This document shows, in pieces, positions 60,701 through 64,000 of a stretch of DNA of 64,000 bases (the first letter of the stretch is position 1; the number at the start of each line of letters is the position of its first letter). Made by a program: the position numbers and the translations under genes. The stretch covers positions 5,344,001 to 5,408,000 of the forward strand of contig CAVYRF010000002.1 of assembly GCA_963770895.1 (NCBI GenBank), read 5' to 3'. This DNA comes from an uncultured Acidobacteriota bacterium. Its GTDB lineage: Bacteria > Acidobacteriota > Thermoanaerobaculia > Multivoradales > UBA5704. The notes under the pieces are model-generated. The model did not search any database. It worked only from the letters and a program-made list of their open reading frames with translations, and was not told the DNA's origin.

Positions 60701-63700
60701 TGCCGGCGGGGGTCGCGGCCGGCCTGCACCGCCTGGGCCAGCTGCAGGGAGCGACGCTCTTCATGACGCTGCTGGCCAGCTTCGACCTGCTGCTCTATCG
60801 CGCCAGCGGCCAGGACGACGTGGTGGTGGGGACGCCGATCGCCAACCGCGAGCGCATCGAGATCGAGGGGCTGATCGGCTGCTTCGTCAACACCCTGGCG
60901 CTGCGCGGCGACCTCGCCGGCCGGCCGTCCTTCGCCACGCTGCTGGGGCGGGTGCGGCAGACCAGCCTGGCGGCGTATGCGCACCAGGACCTCCCCTTCG
61001 AGCAGCTGGTGGAGGCGCTGGCGCCGCAGCGCGACCTGGGCTCGACGCCGCTGTTCCAGGTGATGCTGGTGCTGCAGAACTTCGCCGGCGGCCTTGCCGG
61101 CGCCGCCGGCGGCCGGCTGGGAAGCCCGGACGTGGGCCTGTCGCTGGAGCCGTTCGCGGTGGCCCAATCGGCCGCCAAGTTCGACCTCACCCTGGGCGTG
61201 GCGGACCTGCCGCAGGGCATGGTGGCGGAGCTCATCTTCAACCGCGACCTCTTCGAGCCGGCCACCGCCGCGCGATTGATGGGCCAGTGGCGGACCCTGC
61301 TGGAAGCCATCGCGGCTCTGGCCGCCGGTGTCGGCGACGCACCGGGTGCCGCTGCGATCGAGGACCTGCCGTGGTTCGGCGCCGCCGAGCGCCAGCAGCT
61401 GCTGGAGTGGAACGACACCGCGGCGGCGTACCCGCAGGGTCAGTGCCTGCACGAGCTGATCGAAGAGCAGGCGCGGCGGACGCCGGACGCGCCGGCGGTC
61501 GCGGCGGACGGCGGCGACAGCTTGAGCTACGGCGCCCTGGACGCGCGGGCCGGCCAGCTGGCCTGGACCCTGCGCGGGTTGGGGGTGGGGCCGGAGACGG
61601 TGGTGGCGATCGCCGTCGAACGCTCGACCGCGATGATGGTTGGGCTGCTGGCGATCCTCAAGGCGGGCGGCGCCTACCTGCCGCTCGACCCCGACTACCC
61701 GGCCGACCGCCTGCGCTTCATGCTCGACGATGCGCGGGCGCCGGTGCTGCTCACCCAGCGCCACCTGGCGGCGCGGCTGGGCGAGCCCGCGGCGGCGGTG
61801 CTCTACCTGGACGACCCGCAGGCGCCCTGGCTCCGGGCGACGCGGGCGACCATGGCAGCAGCAGCAGCCGGCGGGGACACGGCGGCCGGCGGCTGCGGAG
61901 TGACGGCGGACAACCTGGCGTACGTGATCTACACGTCGGGCTCGACGGGTCGTCCGAAGGGGACGATGAACAGCCATCGCGGCATCGTCAACCGTCTGCT
62001 GTGGATGCAGCAGCGCTACGGCCTGGTGGCGGCGGACCGGGTGCTGCAAAAGACGCCGGCGAGCTTCGACGTTTCGGTGTGGGAGCTGTTCTGGCCGCTG
62101 GTGACGGGCGCGTGCGTGGTGATGGCGCGTCCGGGCGGCCACCGCGACAGCGACTACCTGTTGCAGGCGGTCGCGGACGAGCGCATCACGACGCTGCATT
62201 TCGTGCCGTCGATGCTGCGGGCGTTTCTCGACTACGCGCAGACGTCGCCGGGGAGCGCGGCGTCGCTGCGCTCCCTGCGGCAGGTGATGGCGAGCGGCGA
62301 GGCGCTGCCGTACGACCTGCAGCAGCGGTACGCGTCGGTGGTCGCGGCGCCGCTGCACAATCTGTACGGTCCGACGGAAGCGGCGGTGGACGTGACGCAT
62401 TGGACGACCGATCCGGGCGGGTCGCGGCGGCTGGTGCCGATCGGCCGTCCGGTGGGCAACACGCAAATCCACCTGCTGGACCGGCAGGGCGACGCGGTGC
62501 CGATGGGGGTGGCGGGGGAGCTCTACATCGGCGGCGTGCAGGTGGGGCGCGGCTACCTGGGGCGGCCGGAGCTGACGGCGGAGCGCTTCGTGCCGGACGG
62601 CTTCGCGCGCGGCGCTGGGGAGGCGGGGGGGCGGTTGTACCGCACCGGCGACGTGGCGCGGTACCTGGCGGATGGGGCGATCGACTATCTGGGGCGGGCG
62701 GATTTCCAGGTCAAGATCCGGGGCTTCCGCATCGAGCTGGGGGAGATCGAGGCGGCGCTGGCGGCGTTGCCGGGGGTGCAGGCGGCGGCGGTCGTGGTGC
62801 GCAAGGTGGCGCTCGGCAGCGTGCCGCCGCCAGCCGCGCCTGGCGCGGCGAACGCCGCGACGGCGGCAGCCGTCCCCGCCACGGCATCGGTGGCGATCTC
62901 GGCGGCAACGGCGTCAGGGGCGGCCGCGGCCGGCGGTGGCAGCGACCCGCGGCTGGTCGCCTGCGTGGTGCCGCGGCAGGGGGCCAGTTTGGCAGCCGCC
63001 GGCTTGCGCCAGGGGCTGGGCGAGCGGCTGCCCGAGCACATGGTGCCGGGCGAAGTGGTGCTGCTCGACAGCCTGCCGCTCACTCCCAGCGGCAAGCTGG
63101 ACCGGCAGGCGCTGGCGGCGGTGTCAGGCTTGGCAGGGGGGGCGGCGCCGGGGAGCGGCGGCGACGGCGGTGCGCAGGACGCGGCGGCGGCCGCCGGGTT
63201 TGCCGCCGGAGATGCGGTCGAAGAGATGCTGGCGGCATGCTGGGCCGAATTGCTGGGGCGGCCGCCGGCGCGGCGCGACCAGAGCTTCTTCGACGCCGGC
63301 GGCCATTCGCTGCTCGCCACCCAATTGGTGGCGCACCTGCGGCAGAGCCTGGGCGTCGAGCTGACCCTGCGCATGATGTTCGAGGCGCCGGCCTTCGCGG
63401 CGCTGGCGGCGCGGCTGCGCGCGCTGTTGCGCGAAGGGTCTGCCGCCAGCCTGCCGCCGCTCGCGCGCGTCGCCGGCCGCGGCGGCGACCTGCCGCTGTC
63501 GTTTGCCCAGCAGCGGCTGTGGTTTCTGGACCAGCTGGAGCCGGGCAGCCCGCTGTACAGCATGCCGTTCGCGCTGGTCCTGGAAGGCGACCTGGCGCCG
63601 GCGGTGCTCGGCCGCAGCCTGGGCGAGATCGTGCAGCGGCACGAGACGCTGCGCACGGTGTTCCGTGCCGGCGCCCTGGCGCCGCGGCAGGTGATCCTGC

Positions 63701-64000
63701 CGGCCGCCGGCGGCTTCAGCGTGCCTCTGGTGGACCTGGCTGGCCTGCCCGAGGCGGCGCGCGAGCGGCTGACCGCCCAGCTGGTCGCCGCCGAAGCGGC
63801 GCGCCCGTTCGACCTGGCGCGCGGGCCGGTGCTGCGCGCCACGCTGCTGCGCCTGGCGCCGGCGCGACACGTGGCGCTGATGAACATGCATCACATCGTC
63901 AGCGACGGCTGGTCGATGGGCGTCCTGGTGAGCGATCTCGGCGCGACCTACCGCGCCTTCGCCGCCGGGCAGCCTTCGCCGCTGCCTGAGCTGCCGGTGC
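45799..64000 (+). CDS. multimodular NRPS, 3'-truncated: C-(degenerate C)-A-T-[C-A-T]x4-C...
   Basis: GGAGG + ATG 45799. The ORF track lists no + ORF in this frame, consistent with no stop before the window end. Six HHxxxD C motifs, five YTSGSTG A domains, five GGHSL T domains. Confidence 0.95.
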   Translation, partial: MLETAVELIYELSPMQQGMLFHSVYAPGSGDYVVQLSLRLAGRLDIGAFVRSWQRVADRHGILRTGFHWEDLERPVQVVYREVDLEVRRESWRDLAAPAQQERLARYLEADRERGFDVAEPPLVRLALFELDHGVYQFVWSLHHLLTDGWSQGLLLRELFACYAAFAAGREPALGRAPSYRDYIAWLQRQDLGAAEAFWRRALAGFSAPTPIAARARTAPAAADRRSTERHTRLLDAATSAQLRDAARGRRLTLNTVVQGAWALLLARAAASRDVVFGVTVAGRPEDLPGAQAIVGPFINTLPARFRIAPGVALGDWLATVQQEQLALRSFEHSPLYQVQAWSELPAGAPLFDHIVAFENYPLDEALAGVLSDLAISAVSTHEQTNYPMALVVAPGDSLSLAILCDGARFSGATAARWLDDLGSLLGTLATAPEVWAEDVAHVVGPQSSALAGQAAFTVPAAAADALHALAARSGATLFSLLLAALAALLARYAGCDQVPIDARFAHRDPDGTADRGGGALVLRDDPAGGLTFAELIVRAQQLLRAAQPHHDVCQATAGADLAPLATVRGAVVPPLVQVLLTLRGIAPIADVAMPAAAGAQLAVTLAETAAGMAGSVQHGGDLFDRAWTGRLAGQLQALLTALPGVADRPLWALPVLPQAERWQLVAEWNDTRSNYSLAPPLVHQRVVSQAARAPHAVAVTGGGHSLTYGELVARADRLAARLQSLGIGPELRVAVCAGRSPARVVGLLAVLQAAGVYVPLDPAHPPERLAFLIQDAGAQVVLVEERHRARLPAPAVATLYLDDAAAVVATAGPAVGDGRRRITGSASSGGDAGVGLDHLAYVIYTSGSTGQPKGIEVPHRGFLNLVEWHLERYAVTAQDRSTLQASPAFDAAVWELWPYLAVGASVHIPPDEETRLSAPALRRWWARERISVVFLVTPLAERVVEDEAAAVRRQEPPLPGPRVLLTGGDRLRRRPAAGSTLRLVNGYGPSEYSVITSLGDVAPEDAAAAAEPGGQRLPAIGRPVPNTEVYIVDRLGELAPVAVPGELCIAGAGLARGYVGRPEMTAERFVPHPWSAQPGARMYRTGDLARRLPDGELEFAGRLDHQVKLRGFRIELGEIEAVLRNLPRLAEAVVLLREDGGGEARLAAYVTAAPGQPAPDVAELRAHLARSLPDYMVPAGFLVVEALPLTATGKLDRRTLAATAPPPRWGVEAAAPDAAGAALSPVAEIVCGIFAEVLKREHVAPADGFFDLGGHSLLALQVVSRVRQSLGVELPLASLFELGTAAAVAGEVELLRRAEDGAGAATEAPPIVPVPRGAELPLSFAQQRLWFLDQMAPGGAAYNVPVAMQLLGDLAPDRLARSFAAVVARHEVLRTTFAARGGEPVQVVAAAACPRLPVVDLAALPPPARQAEADRLAAAEGRRPFDLERGPLLRLALLRRAPQDHLLLLTLHHIAADGWSVAILVRELVALYGGLSRPAAPAEPAAQLTPDPAPVLPPLPIQYADFAVWQRRWLSGEVLAGQLAWWRARLAGAPRLLALPVDRPYPATPSHRGGVVPVALPAGVAGDVGALVRRQGATLFMTLLAAFGALLSRLTDQQDLLIGAPVANRNRRETEDLVGFFVNTLVLRLDGSGEPTFEELLARVRHEALGAFSHQDLPFERLVEELAVERDLRIAPLVQATFSLQNLPAARFDLPGLRVQRLPPPGGGAKFDLQLTLVETAAGLAGALDFSADLFDAATARRLAGQFGTLLAAAAAAPATALGDLPLLSAAERWQLTGEWNDARPVTAPASTVHELFAAQAAAAPDAVAVVIDDACLSYGALAAAARRLAGALIAAGVRAEERVGLYAERSPHTIAAMLGILAAGAAYLPIDPAYPDERLRHMLDDGGVRVALASGQALAERLSAIAAPAAAAGALPAPAVRWIDLDAAAYPGARPGAGGDARTGVAVAPEQLAYVIYTSGSTGRPKGVCVTHANVVRLLRTAAHHFDFGPQDTWTLFHSPGFDFSVWEIWGALAHGGRLVVVPYWVSRQPDATRALLVRQGVTVLNQTPSAFGALIEADAEAGGGDGGGGGVGGDGGGGGVGDGLVLRWVIFGGEALDLRRLAPWWERHGDRRPRLVNMYGITETTVHVTFRAVAADDGPGTGSAPANIAPGAASPLGVALPDLTLYLLDRELQPVPLGVAGEICVGGDGLARGYLGRPDLTARRFVPDPFGRQPGARLYRSGDLGRHRPYGEVEYRGRVDHQVKLRGFRIELGEIETVLAAHPQVAAAAVVLREKADGERQLVAYLTAPAGQPAADLTDLRAHLAQRLPDHMVPAAYVTLAALPLTTGGKVDRRALAPEASLAGSGGQSPPATLATAARLATAGRPAAAKALVEIVAGILAAVLKRERVAPHDSFFDLGGHSLLAVQVVSRLRQTLGVELPLPSLFALRTAAALAGEVERLRQRGGDAPPILPVPRRGPLPLSFAQQRLWFLDQLAPGTATYNIPAAVRLAGQLSVGGLAHAFAALVARHEVLRTTIVAAGGEPVQVVESAARTGLPLLDLTALPAAAAQREAARLAVAAARRPFDLAAGPVLRLALLRLAPREHLLLLTIHHVAADGWSVGVLVRELAALYAGAPLPALAIQYGDFAVWQRTWLAGTVLAAQLDWWRGRLAGAPRLLEVPADRPRPALPSHRGGVVPLALPAELGPELAALARRQGMTLFMVLLAAYGALLGRLANQEDLLVGTPVANRNRRETEDLIGFFVNTLVLRVDGRGEPTFQQLLERVRQEALGAFSHQDLPFERLVEELGVDRDLRASPLFQVAFVLQNVPAAAIDLPGLRVEPQRSPEGGAKFDLSLTMEETAAGLVGAIEYSADLFDRVTVRRLAGHFGALLAGAAAAPRTPLQELPLLLPSERWQLLGEWNDTRDLAGGGGEAAPLLVHQLVALHAARAPLAPAVGGGGEPDLTYGELDARANRLAARLQALGVGPEVRVAVCAGRTPAGVTGLLAVLKAGGGYVPLDPASPEERLAFQLADAAAPVVLVEERFRDRLPPCGAAIVGLDAAAGAGADCAAPQAGVGLDNLAYVIYTSGSTGRPKGVEIPHRGLLNLVRWHQRRHEVGAADRATYTSSPAFDASVWELWPFLAAGASVHIPDDETRLSAPGLLAWWAAQRISLAFLVTPIAEAVLEEAARAEPPLTALRAVHVAGDRLRRRPAAGSRLRLVNHYGPSEYSVCSTAGLVAPAAVAAAVPAATPVAAAERLPAIGRPIANTAVYVLDRWGEPVPVGAYGELCVAGAGLARGYLGRAALTGERFVPDPWSGAFGARMYRTGDLVRRLADGDIDFAGRIDHQVKIRGYRIELGEIEAVLAALPGVAAAAAAVRGAGGGAGQAAAAGGDEDLRLVAWVVPAVRTAAAAADGAGDAAGGRQDADAGGATGVSDAAGLARAAAPTAEALRRGLAERLPAYMVPGDVVFLDRLPLNSSGKVDRQALPAPAAWAANAANAAHIAGLAEASGFVAADFVEEQLAACWSEVLGAPPAGHDESFFAAGGHSLLATRLVSRLRQRLSVELSVQAVFEAPSPRALAARLRQLRGAADPLAPLPALPLLAAGEAPPILPAPRQGSSLPLSFAQLRLWFFDQLVPGSGIYNVPAAVRLSGALSVARLARGFAAVVRRHEVLRTTIATAGGEPVQIVAGVASGAAAPLPVFDLTALPPAVRQAEVLRLTASEARRPFDLAVGPVSRQVLLRLAPEEHLLLLILHHIAADAWSVGLLVKELVAHYRGGAAADVAAADAGVADTALPPLPIQYADFAVWQRRWLQGAVLAEQLAWWRGRLEGAPRLLALPTDRPRPALPSHRGAVVLMAVPQALARDLEALGRRQGVTLFMTLLAAFGAVVGRLANQQDLLVGTPVANRNRVETEELIGCFVNTLVLRLDGRGNPTFQRLLDRVRDEALGAFGHQDLPFERLVEDLEGERDLRVTPLFQVVFSLQNTPMSRVELPGLRVEPRPLPEGQSKFDLTLTMEETVAGLVGSLEYSTDLFDRATVRRLVGHFGTLLAAAAAAPGTALDLLPLLSARERWQVLGEWNDTRQEPPADGAAAALLVHERVALQAARAPWALAVGGGEGGGGGDLTYGELDARAGRLAARLRALGVGPEVRVAVCAGRTPARVAGLLAVLKAGGAYVPLDPAYPAERLAFQLADAAAPVVLVEERFRDRLPPAGAVVVGLESALDDAAVGEADPHYAGGPAPVGLDNLAYVIYTSGSTGQPKGIEIPHRGLLNLVLWHQRRYAVGAADRATQLASPAFDASVWELWPYLAAGASVHIPDEETRLSARALPGWWAAQRITLSFLVTPLAEAVLEEAMAAAAGAAAPGVAAAPVAPAGNPRALLTGGDRLRWRPAAGAGLRLVNHYGPSEYSVVASAGEVAPADADAAGRLPAIGRPVANTAIYILDPGGAPAPAGVYGELCVAGAGLARGYLGRPAMTAERFVPDPWSGAPGARLYRTGDLARRLADGELEFAGRIDHQVKIRGFRIELGEIEAVLAGLPGVAAAAVVVVGGGGSGQQAPPDGGADRRLVAYVVPAATTAAPAAEAVRLGLAARLPEHMVPAEFVFLDQLPRSPSGKVDRRALPVPPAWDAAPAAAGGFTAEDAVEELLAACWRELLGRPPGGRDESFFAAGGHSLLATRLVSRLRQRLGIEVPLQAVFEAPSPGALAARVRQLQAAAGVAVGDVGSLAAGEPAGGAADRLPPLVRQPDGDGAELPLSYSQQRLWFLDQLAPGSTAYNMCGALRLRGTLGAAERHTLRRALAAIVDRHQVLRTVYPVIAGKPSQVVRRDFVLDLPLLDLAALGDGALHEGRRVGAAIFERPFDLAAGPLLRAALVVVGPADHLLTVTMHHIVADGWSIDILVRELAIHYAAFAAGRAAPLPPLPLQYSDYARWQHGEQVGRLLAAQLAYWRQALAGAPAQLALPADRARPAVQSSRGGSVGLALPAGVAAGLHRLGQLQGATLFMTLLASFDLLLYRASGQDDVVVGTPIANRERIEIEGLIGCFVNTLALRGDLAGRPSFATLLGRVRQTSLAAYAHQDLPFEQLVEALAPQRDLGSTPLFQVMLVLQNFAGGLAGAAGGRLGSPDVGLSLEPFAVAQSAAKFDLTLGVADLPQGMVAELIFNRDLFEPATAARLMGQWRTLLEAIAALAAGVGDAPGAAAIEDLPWFGAAERQQLLEWNDTAAAYPQGQCLHELIEEQARRTPDAPAVAADGGDSLSYGALDARAGQLAWTLRGLGVGPETVVAIAVERSTAMMVGLLAILKAGGAYLPLDPDYPADRLRFMLDDARAPVLLTQRHLAARLGEPAAAVLYLDDPQAPWLRATRATMAAAAAGGDTAAGGCGVTADNLAYVIYTSGSTGRPKGTMNSHRGIVNRLLWMQQRYGLVAADRVLQKTPASFDVSVWELFWPLVTGACVVMARPGGHRDSDYLLQAVADERITTLHFVPSMLRAFLDYAQTSPGSAASLRSLRQVMASGEALPYDLQQRYASVVAAPLHNLYGPTEAAVDVTHWTTDPGGSRRLVPIGRPVGNTQIHLLDRQGDAVPMGVAGELYIGGVQVGRGYLGRPELTAERFVPDGFARGAGEAGGRLYRTGDVARYLADGAIDYLGRADFQVKIRGFRIELGEIEAALAALPGVQAAAVVVRKVALGSVPPPAAPGAANAATAAAVPATASVAISAATASGAAAAGGGSDPRLVACVVPRQGASLAAAGLRQGLGERLPEHMVPGEVVLLDSLPLTPSGKLDRQALAAVSGLAGGAAPGSGGDGGAQDAAAAAGFAAGDAVEEMLAACWAELLGRPPARRDQSFFDAGGHSLLATQLVAHLRQSLGVELTLRMMFEAPAFAALAARLRALLREGSAASLPPLARVAGRGGDLPLSFAQQRLWFLDQLEPGSPLYSMPFALVLEGDLAPAVLGRSLGEIVQRHETLRTVFRAGALAPRQVILPAAGGFSVPLVDLAGLPEAARERLTAQLVAAEAARPFDLARGPVLRATLLRLAPARHVALMNMHHIVSDGWSMGVLVSDLGATYRAFAAGQPSPLPELPV

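Noticed and set aside
45715-62472. Giant minus-strand ORFs (3125 aa, 2437 aa) and off-frame plus ORFs
   Set aside because: Shadow ORFs of the high-GC NRPS; all domain motifs are in the + frame starting at 45799.

Overview
High-GC bacterial window, probably Acidobacteriota (Thermoanaerobaculia-like). That host call is inferred from the FWFF..N.EL.VK.LD secreted repeat family. Positions 1 to ~37.1 kb form a mosaic accessory island with visibly lower GC. It carries toxin-antitoxin pairs, gene remnants, a membrane protein + CHAT protease pair, a LexA-like/MBL/TM/MBL operon, an ECF sigma + Ser/Thr kinase pair and a VirD4-like ATPase. It also has two large serine recombinases. Positions ~37.1-45.5 kb are core-like genes (TIGR00300, ATP-dependent ligase, secreted proteins, degenerate multicopper oxidase, panD). 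From 45799 to the end is one uninterrupted NRPS ORF with at least 5 modules. The most striking observation is a pair of matching serine-recombinase att-like sites at 13818-13867 and 35789-35837 with reciprocal CA/TG cores, bracketing a ~22 kb segment in inverted orientation. Flipping the segment fuses the recombinase in frame to a start-less double-HTH ORF. Decayed att+HTH stubs of the same kind recur across the island in front of cargo genes.
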